64,000 nt of DNA. It comes from Nitrospirota bacterium (GTDB taxonomy: Bacteria; Nitrospirota; UBA9217). The stretch lies in assembly GCA_035623825.1 (NCBI GenBank), contig DASPSR010000008.1:1-64000 (forward strand), in the 5' to 3' direction. Positions 21,860 through 32,659 of the stretch are shown here, piece by piece; the stretch's first letter is position 1; every line of letters begins with the position of its first letter. The translations under genes and the position numbers were made by a program. The notes below the pieces were generated by a model. The model ran no database searches. It was not told where the DNA came from and was given only the letters and a program-made list of their open reading frames with translations.

Positions 21860-23209
21860 ATGTCGAAGAACATTTTGATCGTTGAGGACGAGGAGACGCT
21901 GCGGGAATCCATCAAACGGATCTTCACCAAAGAGGGATTCGCCGTCGATGCCGCGGAGTCCGCGGAAAAGGGCCTCGGCCTGCTCGAAGCGAATGTCTAT
22001 GACGTGATCGTCTCGGACATCATCCTGCCGGGAATGGACGGCATCGAGATGCTCGCAAGGGTGCGCGAGCAGATCCCCGACCAGATCTTCATCATTGTCA
22101 CGGCCTACGCGTCGCTCGACACCTCGGTGAAGGCGCTCCGGGCCGGAGCATATGATTACATCATGAAGCCGATCATCCACGAGGAGATCAAGCAGATCGT
22201 CCGGAACGCCCTCCGCCAGAAGAGCCTCCAGACGGAGAACACGCTCCTCAAGCGGGAGATCGGCCGGAGCTATGATTTCAGCAGCATCATCGGCGAGAGC
22301 GCGTCGCTCAAGAGACTCCTCGACGAGGTCATGAAGATCGCCGACACGAAGAGCAACGTGCTTCTCCTCGGCGAGACGGGGACGGGCAAGGAGCTCTTTG
22401 CCAGGGTCATCCACCACAACAGCGGCCGGCGGGAGATGCCGTTCGTGCCGATCAATTGTTCTGCGATCCCCGAGAACCTGCTCGAGACCGAGCTGTTCGG
22501 CCATGTGCGGGGAGCCTTTACCGGGGCGATCGCGACCAAGAAGGGCATTCTCGAGGAGGCGGAGGGCGGCACCGTGTTCCTCGACGAGATCGGCGACATG
22601 AGCCTGTCGCTCCAGGCGAAGCTCTTAAGGGTCATCGAGGACCAGGTGATCAGGCCCGTGGGAAGCACCAAGGGCACGAAGGTCGACATCCGCTTCATCA
22701 CCGCGACCAACAAGGACCTCTTGGCGGCGCTTAGGGAAAGCACGTTCCGCGAGGACCTCTACTACCGCATCAACGTGATATCGCTTCACATTCCCCCGCT
22801 CCGGGAGCGGAAAGAGGACATCGCCGCGCTGGTGCGGCACTATCTGGTCAAATACTCGCACGAGATGGGCAAACCGGCCAAGGACGTCTCTCCGGAGGCC
22901 ATGGAGATCATGATGTATTACGGGTGGGCGGGAAACGTCCGCGAACTCCAGAACGTGACTGAGCGAGCCATTCTCGTCTCCGAGGGCGACCTCATCAAAC
23001 CGGAGCATCTGCCCGTGGGGATGAAAGCGGGAGCTCCGGTGCAGTCCAGGGTGTTCGACCAGAGGCTCTCGATCGAGGACTACACCAAGACGTTCATCCA
23101 GAGGTATCAGGGCGAATGCAATGAGCAGCAGCTTGCCGATCTCTTGGGGATAACCAGGAAATCCCTCTGGGAGAAGCGGAAGAAGTGGGGGATCCCGAAG
23201 GAGAGGTAG
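21860..23209 (+). CDS. sigma54-dependent response regulator (NtrC/CbrB family)
   Basis: Receiver domain, GETGTGKE, GAFTGA, FLDEIG, C-terminal HTH. Confidence 0.94.
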   Translation: MSKNILIVEDEETLRESIKRIFTKEGFAVDAAESAEKGLGLLEANVYDVIVSDIILPGMDGIEMLARVREQIPDQIFIIVTAYASLDTSVKALRAGAYDYIMKPIIHEEIKQIVRNALRQKSLQTENTLLKREIGRSYDFSSIIGESASLKRLLDEVMKIADTKSNVLLLGETGTGKELFARVIHHNSGRREMPFVPINCSAIPENLLETELFGHVRGAFTGAIATKKGILEEAEGGTVFLDEIGDMSLSLQAKLLRVIEDQVIRPVGSTKGTKVDIRFITATNKDLLAALRESTFREDLYYRINVISLHIPPLRERKEDIAALVRHYLVKYSHEMGKPAKDVSPEAMEIMMYYGWAGNVRELQNVTERAILVSEGDLIKPEHLPVGMKAGAPVQSRVFDQRLSIEDYTKTFIQRYQGECNEQQLADLLGITRKSLWEKRKKWGIPKER

Positions 23210-23308
23210 TCCGGGGATTGGAAGCGGGACGTTGGAAAGAGTAAGCGGTACATCATTCAAACATGTCGTTGCACCGCGCCTTCATGGTGCGGACCCTGAT
23301 TATTGATC

Positions 23309-24883
23309 ATGTCGCTCAAGAAAAAAATAGCCATCAGCTTTTTCATCAGCGCCTTCATCATCGCGGGCCTCGCAGCGTTCGAATACGTCAATTTTATCGA
23401 ACTCAAAAAAGAGGTCCGCTATCTGGAGGTGACCGATACGATCAACCGCAAGTCGCTCCAGCTCCGGAGGTATGAGAAGAATTATTTCCTCTACAGCCCG
23501 CAAAAGGCGAGCGAGGAGTCCGCGGCCGTTCATGCCTACCTCGGCGAGCTTAAAGCCCTGCTGGCGCAGAACCCCGACATAGACAGGGCTGACAAGCTCG
23601 CGCTCAGGAGCAGCGTCGCCGAATTCGAGCGCCGGTTCAACTCCATTGAGGCCTCGGCCCGGGACCTCACGGGCATCTTCGAGAAGACCAGGGCGTCCCG
23701 CAGAAAGGACGAGAAGTTTCTCGCGCTCGTGGAGGCGACCTTCCTTGAGCGGCCGGCGCAGTCCGCCGAGTTCCTGGAAAAAGTGTTTTTCCTGCCCAGC
23801 GGGCACGCGCTCGTTACCGGCCTTCGGGCGCTCGATGCCGACATCACGGCGCTCCGGAAGACCGGCGAAGACATCCTGGTCATCTCAAAGGACCTCGACA
23901 AGGTGGCCCGGGAAAAAGCGGAGACGGTGATCCGTGTTTCGCAGATGGCCATTCTGATCTTCTTCCCGCTGTTCTTCATCGTCGGGATCGGGATGCTGTT
24001 TTTCATCAGCACGAACGTGGTGAGGAGGCTGATGCTCCTCATCAGCGTCGTCGAAAAAACGGGTCAGGGCTCGTATCCCCACCTCCCAGTTCCGCTCTCC
24101 GAAGGACAGACCCGTGACGAGGTGGGGGTCCTGATCGACAAGTTCAACCAGATGGAGGACCAGCTTGCCCTCCATGAGGAAGAGCTCGAGCGGAAGAACA
24201 GGGAACTGATGCAGACCAAGAAGCTTGCCGCCATCGGCACCCTGGCGTCGGGCGTTGCCCACGAGCTCAATAACCCGCTGAACAACATCTACCTCTCCGC
24301 CCAGGTGCTTGCCAGAGAGGCCGGCGAAGGCTGTTCCCGCGAAGTGAAAGAGGCTGTGGGCGACATCGTCGGCCAGACCGAGCGGGTGAAACGGATCGTG
24401 AGCGATCTTCTGGAATTCGCGCGCGGGAGGGAGCTGCAGTTCAGGGATGTGGAGCTGAAGAGCCTGATCACGGATTCGTACCGGCATCTCGGCAGTTCGA
24501 GGAACCTGGAAAAGGTGCGGTTCTCGCTGGATGCCGATTCTTCAGAGACCCTCATGCTCGCGGACCAGGGCCAGCTCGAGCAGGTCTTCGCCAACCTGTT
24601 CGCGAACGCCGTCGACGCGATGGGGGGCGCCGGAGACCTGCGCGTCAGGGTAAGGGGCGGTGCGCGGTCGGTCGTTATCACCGTATCGGACACGGGGAGG
24701 GGAATTTCCCGTGAATCCGTCGAGAAGATCTTCGAGCCGTTCTTCACCACCAAGGACAAGGGGACGGGCCTGGGACTGGCAATCGTGTATAATATCATCA
24801 AGAAACACAACGGCAACATCACGGTAGGGAGCGAAGAGGGCAGAGGGACGACGTTTACGGTTACGCTGCCAACAGGAAGATAA
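23309..24883 (+). CDS. membrane sensor histidine kinase (HAMP)
   Basis: Two TMs, [13 protein letters not shown] periplasmic motif, HELNNPL, PFFTTK.GTGLGL. Confidence 0.92.
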   Translation: MSLKKKIAISFFISAFIIAGLAAFEYVNFIELKKEVRYLEVTDTINRKSLQLRRYEKNYFLYSPQKASEESAAVHAYLGELKALLAQNPDIDRADKLALRSSVAEFERRFNSIEASARDLTGIFEKTRASRRKDEKFLALVEATFLERPAQSAEFLEKVFFLPSGHALVTGLRALDADITALRKTGEDILVISKDLDKVAREKAETVIRVSQMAILIFFPLFFIVGIGMLFFISTNVVRRLMLLISVVEKTGQGSYPHLPVPLSEGQTRDEVGVLIDKFNQMEDQLALHEEELERKNRELMQTKKLAAIGTLASGVAHELNNPLNNIYLSAQVLAREAGEGCSREVKEAVGDIVGQTERVKRIVSDLLEFARGRELQFRDVELKSLITDSYRHLGSSRNLEKVRFSLDADSSETLMLADQGQLEQVFANLFANAVDAMGGAGDLRVRVRGGARSVVITVSDTGRGISRESVEKIFEPFFTTKDKGTGLGLAIVYNIIKKHNGNITVGSEEGRGTTFTVTLPTGR

Positions 24884-24939
24884 AGGCCCGATCCGGAGGG
24901 TCCTCCCGGGAAGCCGCGCCGATTGAAGGAAAGGGACTC

Positions 24940-26271
24940 ATGGCGTTTAAGGTACTGATAGCCGAAGACGAAGAAATAACGCTCAAGCATCTCAACAACG
25001 CCCTTCAGAGGGAAGGCTACGTGACGGTCGCAACGCAGAACGGGCAGGACGCGTTCCAGAAGATCGAGGGCGACCACTTCGACCTGCTCATCGCCGACAT
25101 CAAGATGCCGGGCCTTACGGGCATCGAACTTCTCGAGAAGATCAAAGAGCGACAGCTCGAGACAGAGGTGATCATCATAACCGGGTTCGGCAGCATCGAC
25201 TCGGTGGTGGACGCAATGAAGAAGGGAGCCTACGACTATGTCACCAAACCCTTCAACCTCGACGAGCTTGTCCTCAAGGTGCGGAAGATCCGCGAACAGG
25301 GAATCCTGAAAAAAGAGAACATCGCGCTGAAGGCCTATGCGGGTCTGGACCGGAAGGTCTCGATCATCGCCAAGAGCGAGAGCATGAACAACATCCTGAG
25401 CGTCATCGAAGGCATGAAGGATTCGGACTGCAACGTGCTCCTGACCGGGGAGACAGGCGTCGGCAAGAGCCTTCTGGCGAAGATCGTACACTTCACAAGC
25501 AGGCGGCAGGCCATGCCCTTCCTCTCCATCAACTGCGCGACGCTGACCGAGGAACTCCTCGCGAGCGAACTCTTCGGGCACGAGAAGGGCGCGTTCACCG
25601 GCGCCGTCAAGACCAAACAGGGACTCGTTGAGATCGCGGACACAGGCACGCTGTTCTTGGACGAGATCGCGGAGATGGCGCCGAACCTCCAGGCGAAACT
25701 GCTGAAGGTGATCGAGGATGGCGAGTTCTACCGCGTGGGAGGGATCAAGCCCATCAAGGTCGACGTCCGGTTCATCGCAGCGACGAACCAGAACGTGCGG
25801 TCCGTCATCGCCGAAGGCAGGTTCCGGGAAGACCTGTACTACCGGCTGAACATCATGGAGATCTTCACCCCGCCGCTCCGCGACCGGAGGGAGGACATAA
25901 CGCCGCTGTGCACCTATTTTCTCGAGAAGCATCTCCCGAAATCCCGCAAGAAGGTCACCGGCTTCACCAAGGAAGCGATGGACGTCCTCATGCACTACAG
26001 CTATCCGGGGAACGTGCGCGAGCTCGAGAACATCGTCGAACGGGCGATCATCCTCGAGAAGGGAAACCTTATCACGCCCGAGAGCCTGCCGCAGACCATC
26101 AAGATGTACCAGATCGAGACCCTGGAGCCTGACAACGTCAAGACCATCGAGGAACTGAACAAGGAGTATGCCGAGAAGGTGCTTGACATGCTCGGCGGCA
26201 ACAGGTCCAGGGCCGCAGAGGTGCTCGGCATCTCGAGGACGAGCCTGTGGAGGATATTGAAGGAGGAGTGA
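24940..26271 (+). CDS. sigma54-dependent response regulator (NtrC family)
   Basis: Receiver domain, [14 protein letters not shown], Fis-type [22 protein letters not shown]. Confidence 0.94.
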   Translation: MAFKVLIAEDEEITLKHLNNALQREGYVTVATQNGQDAFQKIEGDHFDLLIADIKMPGLTGIELLEKIKERQLETEVIIITGFGSIDSVVDAMKKGAYDYVTKPFNLDELVLKVRKIREQGILKKENIALKAYAGLDRKVSIIAKSESMNNILSVIEGMKDSDCNVLLTGETGVGKSLLAKIVHFTSRRQAMPFLSINCATLTEELLASELFGHEKGAFTGAVKTKQGLVEIADTGTLFLDEIAEMAPNLQAKLLKVIEDGEFYRVGGIKPIKVDVRFIAATNQNVRSVIAEGRFREDLYYRLNIMEIFTPPLRDRREDITPLCTYFLEKHLPKSRKKVTGFTKEAMDVLMHYSYPGNVRELENIVERAIILEKGNLITPESLPQTIKMYQIETLEPDNVKTIEELNKEYAEKVLDMLGGNRSRAAEVLGISRTSLWRILKEE

Positions 26272-26437
26272 CTTTCTTTTAGTCGCGGCCCTTCCCTCCT
26301 ACTCCGCGTCCAGTCGCAGGGCGCGGGCTTTGCGTGCGCATGACTCCTGCCGGTCATTTGGCCATCAATCTGACTAAGAAAACGCCCGGTCGACCCGGCG
26401 GTCCATTCAACCGCAGCGTCGGCCGGGGCCCACAAGA

Positions 26438-28291
26438 ATGGAAAAGACCCTTTTCGAAAAAATACGATCTCACCTCATCCCGTTAATCGTCCTGTCCGGC
26501 ATTACGATCACTGTATATGCCGGCTGTCTCCACCACGATTTTCTATCGAATTGGGATGACAGGTCGTATGTCGTTGAAAACGAAACGGTACGCGGTATCA
26601 CGTGGGGACACGTGAAGGAAGCGTTCACTCACTTCTACATCGGGAATTATGCCCCGCTCCACATCGTCTCCTATATGCTTGATTACGACCTGTGGGGCCT
26701 GCGCCCCAGCGGTTTCATACTTACCAATGTGTTTGTCCATGCCATGAACGGAATCTTATTCTATGCGCTGCTCTTTCGCATGGACCGGCGCAGGGCGCTC
26801 GGCTTTGTTGCCGCCTTCATTTTCCTGCTCCATCCGGCACAGGTTGAATCTGTCGCCTGGATATCCGAGCGGAAGAACCTGCTCGCCATGTTCTTCTTCC
26901 TCTCGTCGTTTCACTTCTACATCTCCTATCGGGCAGCGGAAAGGCCCAGGAGCGCGCTCTTCTACTGCTCTTCCGTTCTTGCGTTCGTCCTTGCCCTCCT
27001 GTCGAAACCGGTAGCGATCATACTGCCCCTGGTCCTTTTCCTCTATGACCTTTGCTATCTGGAAAAGTCCGGCCGGAAATCATGGATAGCCAATAAGATA
27101 CCGTTTGTGCTCGCTTCCGGTGCGGCGCTCATCATAGCGCTTAAGAGCCAGATGCCCGAATATGAGGGCGGGCGGATCTCCTACTCCATTGAAGGTCCTC
27201 TCGGCGTTTTTTTTACCATGCTGACCGTTCTTGTACGTTATTTCAAGATCATCTTCTGGCCAACGGAACTCTCCCCCCTGTACATGCCCCCGATGAAGGT
27301 AAGAATTGACGCCTCAGTCGCGGGTTCCCTTTTGTTTGCCGTCCTGCTCGTTGTTCTCGGATATTACCTCTGTCGAAAAAGAAAAAAGCTCTTTTTCTGG
27401 TATGCGCTTGTTTTCGCCGGGCTCCTGCCGGTTTCCCAGATCGTGTCCATAGTCACGCTGATGAACGATCGCTACCTGTATTTCCCCATGCTGGGGGCAG
27501 CGGCATCGTACGGGATGTTGGCGCTGCCTTCAGCCGGCCAGACCTATGATCTTCGAAGAAAGAGCATAGCTCTCATCCTTGTTCTTCTCTTGATACCGCT
27601 CCCCTGGCTCTCATGGCAGAGAACGTCTGTCTGGAGCAACGACACGTCGTTATGGACTGACGCAACGCGCAAAACGCCGGGCTCCCCGCTTGTCTGGAAC
27701 GGACTGGGCATGGCTTACGTAGACAGAGGGCTGCCTGACGAAGCCGCCTCTGCCTTTTTGAAGGCATTGGCCATAGACCCGGATTATATGCTGGCTCTCA
27801 ATAATATTGGCGCCCTTTACAACGCCAGAGGGAAAATATCGGAAGCGCGGCCTTTTTTGCTGAAGGTCAAGGGATTATTCCCGGAGGATGTGAACGGACT
27901 GATGAACCTCGGGATCAATTACTCCCTTTCCCATGAGTTCCCGGATGCCGAACAGACATTCAAGCGGGTTTTGGAGTTGCATCCGCAATTCCCCCCGGCC
28001 CTGATGTTTCTGGGCGATGCGTATCTCGGGATGAGGCGAATGGAATTAGCCGGGAAGTATTATAAGGAAGCGATCGAGTCGGGAGGCAGCACGGCGTACC
28101 TGGAATACCGCCTTGCTGATACAGAGGCCCAGAGCGCCCATCCGCGAGAGGCCTTAGAGCACCTGGAGTCAGCCTTTAAAATGGGATACGATGATTTCGG
28201 GAATGTCTCAAAAGACACGGCCCTCGGCCCTCTCCGGGGGCGCGCCGACTTCCAGATGCTCCTCCGCAAGTATTTTGGCAGTAGGCCGTAA
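26438..28291 (+). CDS. TMTC-like GT-C fold membrane glycosyltransferase with C-terminal TPRs
   Basis: NWDD, HPAQVESVAWISERK, LLSK and DRYLY motifs, multiple TMs, TPR repeats. Confidence 0.8.
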   Translation: MEKTLFEKIRSHLIPLIVLSGITITVYAGCLHHDFLSNWDDRSYVVENETVRGITWGHVKEAFTHFYIGNYAPLHIVSYMLDYDLWGLRPSGFILTNVFVHAMNGILFYALLFRMDRRRALGFVAAFIFLLHPAQVESVAWISERKNLLAMFFFLSSFHFYISYRAAERPRSALFYCSSVLAFVLALLSKPVAIILPLVLFLYDLCYLEKSGRKSWIANKIPFVLASGAALIIALKSQMPEYEGGRISYSIEGPLGVFFTMLTVLVRYFKIIFWPTELSPLYMPPMKVRIDASVAGSLLFAVLLVVLGYYLCRKRKKLFFWYALVFAGLLPVSQIVSIVTLMNDRYLYFPMLGAAASYGMLALPSAGQTYDLRRKSIALILVLLLIPLPWLSWQRTSVWSNDTSLWTDATRKTPGSPLVWNGLGMAYVDRGLPDEAASAFLKALAIDPDYMLALNNIGALYNARGKISEARPFLLKVKGLFPEDVNGLMNLGINYSLSHEFPDAEQTFKRVLELHPQFPPALMFLGDAYLGMRRMELAGKYYKEAIESGGSTAYLEYRLADTEAQSAHPREALEHLESAFKMGYDDFGNVSKDTALGPLRGRADFQMLLRKYFGSRP

Positions 28292-28402
28292 GGATGGTTC
28301 CCAGATCCGCTGACAGCGGCGACGGCTTCCCCGTTTGTGCGGATCAGCGCCGGCTTCGAGCGTCATAAGAACGTTAGATGACGTCTTCAAGGTGTTAGGC
28401 AC

Positions 28403-29515
28403 ATGACCCTGTCGAAGAAGAAAGTAAACGATGAGTTGGCCGCCCTGGCGGCCGACGTCGCCCGCCTTTCGAAACTGCTCACGAAAGAGCGGGAAAGCAT
28501 CCCTGCGGCTTACCTGAAAGATACGGGGCTCAGGAAGGCATACCTGTCATATTACCTGCCCTCGAACCTTCCGAAGATCCACCTCCCGCTCAATGAGCTT
28601 TCCCTCCACCCGAAGAGCATGCTGGCAAAAGAACGTCTCAGGATCCTCGACGTAGGCTCGGGCCCCGGTTCCGCCATGCTGGGCGCGATGAAGTTCTTTG
28701 CACGGCTCGAGAACCCCCCTTTTCTCGAATTCACGGCCATTGATCATGTCGCCGAGAACCTCAAAGATGCGGTGGCACTTTACGCGTCATACCGCGAGCG
28801 CTGTGGTCTCGATGCCTCCCTGCATGCGGTGAAAACAAGCATCGAAAAGGCAGAGCCGCACCTTATCGGGCACTACGACCTGATCATCCTTTCGAACGTC
28901 CTGAATGAATTGTTCCACCGAGATGAGGAAAGGACCGCAAAGCGGGCCGGCATCCTGCATCACATCATGAGACGTTTTCTCGCCGATGACGGGAGCTTGA
29001 TTGTCATAGAACCGGCGCTTCATGACACCTCGCGCGAGATGCTCCTGGTCAGGGACAGCCTTGTAACCCAAGGCTTCCGGGTCTATTCACCCTGTCTCAT
29101 GAACGAGGGCTGTCCCGCTCTTGTAAACCCGAAGGACTGGTGCCACGAGGATATGCCGTGGGAGCCGCCGGCCGTGATCAGGGAGATAGACGATCGTGCC
29201 GGGCTCAGGAAGGATTCTCTCAAGTTCTCCTATCTGGTTGTGAGAAAAGACGGACTTTCCCTGGCCGATGTTTACGGGGCCCATGCGTTTCGGATCGTGA
29301 GTGAGCCGCTGGTCTCAAAGGGCAAGATCGAGTTCTATATCTGCGGCAAGGGAGGCCGGCGGCTGGTCACCAGGCTCGACAAGGACACGTCCCCGGCGAA
29401 TGACGCATATAGAGCCCTCGAAAGGGGGGATATCGTACGTTTTCAAGAACTGAGGGACGAGGGGAAGAGATACAGAGTAGGGAAGGATACTGTGGTGAAC
29501 GCTAAAAAAGCTTGA
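28403..29515 (+). CDS. Rsm22/METTL17-like SAM-dependent methyltransferase
   Basis: AYLSYYLP, ILDVGSGPG, NVLNEL, VIEPA, PC-x5-CP..WCH, KFSYLV. Confidence 0.8.
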   Translation: MTLSKKKVNDELAALAADVARLSKLLTKERESIPAAYLKDTGLRKAYLSYYLPSNLPKIHLPLNELSLHPKSMLAKERLRILDVGSGPGSAMLGAMKFFARLENPPFLEFTAIDHVAENLKDAVALYASYRERCGLDASLHAVKTSIEKAEPHLIGHYDLIILSNVLNELFHRDEERTAKRAGILHHIMRRFLADDGSLIVIEPALHDTSREMLLVRDSLVTQGFRVYSPCLMNEGCPALVNPKDWCHEDMPWEPPAVIREIDDRAGLRKDSLKFSYLVVRKDGLSLADVYGAHAFRIVSEPLVSKGKIEFYICGKGGRRLVTRLDKDTSPANDAYRALERGDIVRFQELRDEGKRYRVGKDTVVNAKKA

Positions 29516-29547
29516 TTCTTTCCGGTAAAGGGTTATTATCTTCCGTC

Positions 29548-30075
29548 ATGAGCAGGTATCGACCACCGCAAAAACCGGGATCAAAGTACATCACGCCTGA
29601 AGGGAAGAAGCGCCTGAACGACGAGTTCGAGCACCTCTGGAGGACCAAGCGCCCTGAAGTGACTGCCGCTCTCGCCGCCGCGGCCGCAGAGGGCGACCGG
29701 TCCGAGAATGCGGAGTACATCTATCGCAAGAAGCAGCTCCGCGAGATCGATGCCCGCATCCACCATCTGAAAGAACGCCTGGAGCACATCATCGTCGTCG
29801 ACAACAAGCCCGATGACGAGTCCATGGTCTATTTCGGTGCATGGGTACGGCTTAAGAATCAGGAGGGGAGCATCAGCGAGTACCGCATCGTCGGGCCTGA
29901 TGAGTTCGACCACGCCAATGGCCTGATCAGCATGGACTCGCCCATGGCACAGGCACTGATGAAGAAGTCCGAAGGGGACGAGGTGGTGGTCAAGCGTCCG
30001 AAGGGCGATGCCGTGTTCACGATCCTCTGCGTGCAGTACAGGCCGTTCGACGCCGATGGCGGCAGGGAGCTCTGA
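29548..30075 (+). CDS. greB: transcription elongation factor GreB
   Basis: YITPEG, RPEVT, GDRSENAEY, KKQLREIDARI, IVGPDE, ISMDSPMA. Confidence 0.93.
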   Translation: MSRYRPPQKPGSKYITPEGKKRLNDEFEHLWRTKRPEVTAALAAAAAEGDRSENAEYIYRKKQLREIDARIHHLKERLEHIIVVDNKPDDESMVYFGAWVRLKNQEGSISEYRIVGPDEFDHANGLISMDSPMAQALMKKSEGDEVVVKRPKGDAVFTILCVQYRPFDADGGREL

Positions 30076-30082
30076 ATCTGAT

Positions 30083-30694
30083 TCAGAGCATCGCGAGCAC
30101 GCACATCATGGCGATGGACCAGATGATGTCCGTGGGCAGCTGCATGGTGCACGTGGAATCGAACATGAGGTCAGCGCGCGCCGGGAACTCCTCATCCTCC
30201 GTCCAGAGCGTCAGTATGGCCGGTAACCTAGGAAAGGGATAGAGCCTCACGGCTGCATCTCCGAACTTCATCTGCTCTCCGCCGAGTTTCGCTCCTCTCC
30301 CGAGAAATCCTTCCCGGTCTTTCCTGTATTTCTCCGCCATCCTGTCGAGCGGCAGGACATGTGATCCCCTGGTGAAGATCTCTCCGCCCTTGACATCCTG
30401 AAGTCTTACCAGCCTGCCGGTAAAGGCGATATCCCTCGCGCTCACCAGGTACCAGAGGACCGAGAGATCAAAGAAATAGCGGAGCCTCTTAAGAAGCACC
30501 TCGCTCCCCGGCGCAGTGCTGGTGATCTTCCTGGCCTGTGACGCAACGAGAACATCCATGCCGAGAGATTTCACGATGTAGTGCCGCGCCGCGCGGTCAT
30601 AGGATACAGCCGCTGCCCTGCACACGCCGTCCGGCTCCAATGTCGCCAGAATCTCCCACGCCTTATCCTCTCCGGGGTTGTTCGTTTCCGCCAT
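30083..30694 (-). CDS. DUF3786 family protein
   Basis: YPFPRLP..LW..DEEFPARADLMFD motif. Confidence 0.8.
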   Translation of the reverse strand: MAETNNPGEDKAWEILATLEPDGVCRAAAVSYDRAARHYIVKSLGMDVLVASQARKITSTAPGSEVLLKRLRYFFDLSVLWYLVSARDIAFTGRLVRLQDVKGGEIFTRGSHVLPLDRMAEKYRKDREGFLGRGAKLGGEQMKFGDAAVRLYPFPRLPAILTLWTEDEEFPARADLMFDSTCTMQLPTDIIWSIAMMCVLAML

Positions 30695-30862
30695 GGCTAC
30701 CTTCAAAAAGGACCTTTTCGCCGCTGATATTCACAGATAGACCAGATTTATAAAGGCTGAAGAACAACGAGTCAAATATTTTCCGCGTTCAATAGCATCT
30801 TTTCAGTCGTCATAGTTCTTTTTTCCATAGTATCAGATAAGTTTGATTTTTAAAAGCATAAT

Positions 30863-30883
30863 CGTGTTCCAAATTTAAACACG
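30863..30883. promoter_or_regulatory. candidate enhancer (UAS 1) for a sigma54 activator
   Basis: CGTGTT-CCAAATTTA-AACACG dyad; core TGTTCCAAATTTAAACA is nearly repeated at 31020. Confidence 0.6.
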
Positions 30884-31018
30884 CATAATCTACCCATCTT
30901 TAATGCCACATTTCTGAATAAAACAGGTGCGATGAATGAATCCGACGCTGAAAACTAAGGATTTCCTCGAAATTTGCCATACTTGATGTTGGCCTTTATC
31001 CTCGCATGGTGTTCACCA

Positions 31019-31037
31019 GTGTTCAAATATGAAACAT
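31019..31037. promoter_or_regulatory. candidate enhancer (UAS 2) for a sigma54 activator
   Basis: TGTTCAAATATGAAACA, the same 17-bp TGTT..AAACA dyad as UAS 1. Confidence 0.6.
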
Positions 31038-31090
31038 CGCCTGCTCCCTCTATTTTGATATTTTCTTATTAAAAACAATATGTTATTTCT

Positions 31091-31106
31091 TGGCATTCAC
31101 GTTGCT
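31091..31106 (+). promoter_or_regulatory. sigma54 (-24/-12) promoter of the USP-TauE operon
   Basis: TGGCATTCACGTTGCT, near consensus; IHF-like AAACAATATGTTA at 31073-31085. Confidence 0.8.
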
Positions 31107-31147
31107 ATATAAGTGGCACAGAAGCAAATCATATGAGGAGGTCTGTA

Positions 31148-31648
31148 ATGGGGAAGAGACAGCTTTTATTCGTCACGTATCGTGATGAAAATATCGAGGA
31201 AGGCGTTTCCTACGCCGTCGAGCTCGCCAAGGCGATGTATGAGGATATCACGCTCCTGTTGGTGCAGAAAAGGAGCAAGCTCATGGAAAAGCTTGGGACC
31301 CTGATGACAGCAGTGAGCTTTGCCGAGGCCGATGAACATGATACGGCACGGCAGATCATGGCCGGAGTCACTCATAAAGTGCACGGGAACTATGAGAAGA
31401 AGCTCGCGGAAGTCATCAAGAAATGTCACGGGGAAGGCATCCAGGTGAATGTCCATAGCACGGACCTGGACGCTGTTACCGGCATCCGCACATTTCTGAA
31501 GGCGCACGCGGGGATAGACAAGGTCGTTTTAAGCCCGGCGGTGACCGAGGCAGGGAACGTCACCACCAGAGACCTGAACCGTCTCGTGCGGACGGCGTCC
31601 CGCCCCATCGTTACCATGACCAGGCAGACGTGCGCCGTTGCCGGATAA
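31148..31648 (+). CDS. hypothetical protein with degenerate universal stress protein-like fold
   Basis: RBS GAGGAGG; YAVELAKAM..ITLLLV N-terminus and SRPIVTM C-terminus resemble USP. Confidence 0.6.
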   Translation: MGKRQLLFVTYRDENIEEGVSYAVELAKAMYEDITLLLVQKRSKLMEKLGTLMTAVSFAEADEHDTARQIMAGVTHKVHGNYEKKLAEVIKKCHGEGIQVNVHSTDLDAVTGIRTFLKAHAGIDKVVLSPAVTEAGNVTTRDLNRLVRTASRPIVTMTRQTCAVAG

Positions 31649-31729
31649 TGATCGGCATCGCTTGAACACAAGTTTTACTGGAAAGTCTTAGCTTGCAGTT
31701 TACTTTACTATATGAACAGGAGATGAAAA

Positions 31730-32656
31730 ATGTACCTATATCTACCGGTAGCACTGACCAGCATCAATATCCTCATACCACTTGGACTGGGACTGGCCGT
31801 GGGATTGCTCTCCGGCCTCTTCGGCGTGGGCGGCGGCTTTCTGATGACGCCTCTGCTCATCATGTTCGGCATCCCGTCAACGGTCGCCGCGGCGACTGAC
31901 TCGAACCAGATCGTGGCTGCATCCACTTCTGGCACCTATGCGCACTGGAAGGTCGGGAACGTGGACTTCAAGATGGGGCTGTACCTCCTCGCAGGCGGGT
32001 TTCTCGGCGGGGTCGTGGGCGTCCAGGCGATCAAGCTGCTGCACGCCATGGGCAACGCCGATTTCGTGATCAAGATGACCTATGTGCTCATGCTCGGCAT
32101 CGTGGGCACCTACATGTTCATCGAGAGCCTCCAGAGCATGAAGAAGAAAAAGGGCCCCGCCGTTGAAGAAGTGAAGGAAAAAAAGGAATCGGCAGTGGGA
32201 AAGTTCCTCAAGGCCCTGCCGCTCCAGACCCATTTTGAAAAGTCAGGGATCACCCATTCGGTCCTGGTCCCGATCGTCCTCGGCGGCTTCGTGGGCGTGC
32301 TCGCGGCGATCATGGGCGTGGGCGGCGGTTTCCTGATGGTGCCGATCATGGTCTACATGCTCAGGATGCCCATGCACGTCGTTGTCGGCACGAGCCTGTT
32401 CCAGATCCTGTTTACCTGCATCGAGGTCACGTTCCTTCAGGCCTATACCAACCACAGCGTGGATTTCATCCTGGCGGTCCTGCTGCTCCTGGGTTCCACG
32501 ATCGGCGCCCAGGTGGGAGCGGTTTTCGGCAGGAAACTCAAGGCGGACCAGCTCAAGATCCTCCTCGCGGGCATCGTGCTGGCCGTAACCGTCAAAATCG
32601 TATTCGAGCTGACGCTCACACCGTCGCTACTGATTTCACAGGCAGGAGGACACTAA
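31730..32656 (+). CDS. TauE/SafE family (sulfite exporter-like) permease
   Basis: Duplicated GLFGVGGGFL / IMGVGGGFL motifs, VVGTSLFQ. Confidence 0.92.
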   Translation: MYLYLPVALTSINILIPLGLGLAVGLLSGLFGVGGGFLMTPLLIMFGIPSTVAAATDSNQIVAASTSGTYAHWKVGNVDFKMGLYLLAGGFLGGVVGVQAIKLLHAMGNADFVIKMTYVLMLGIVGTYMFIESLQSMKKKKGPAVEEVKEKKESAVGKFLKALPLQTHFEKSGITHSVLVPIVLGGFVGVLAAIMGVGGGFLMVPIMVYMLRMPMHVVVGTSLFQILFTCIEVTFLQAYTNHSVDFILAVLLLLGSTIGAQVGAVFGRKLKADQLKILLAGIVLAVTVKIVFELTLTPSLLISQAGGH

Positions 32657-32659
32657 TCC

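Noticed and set aside
24289-25995. 568-aa minus-strand ORF
   Set aside because: Antisense shadow of the kinase and sigma54 regulator
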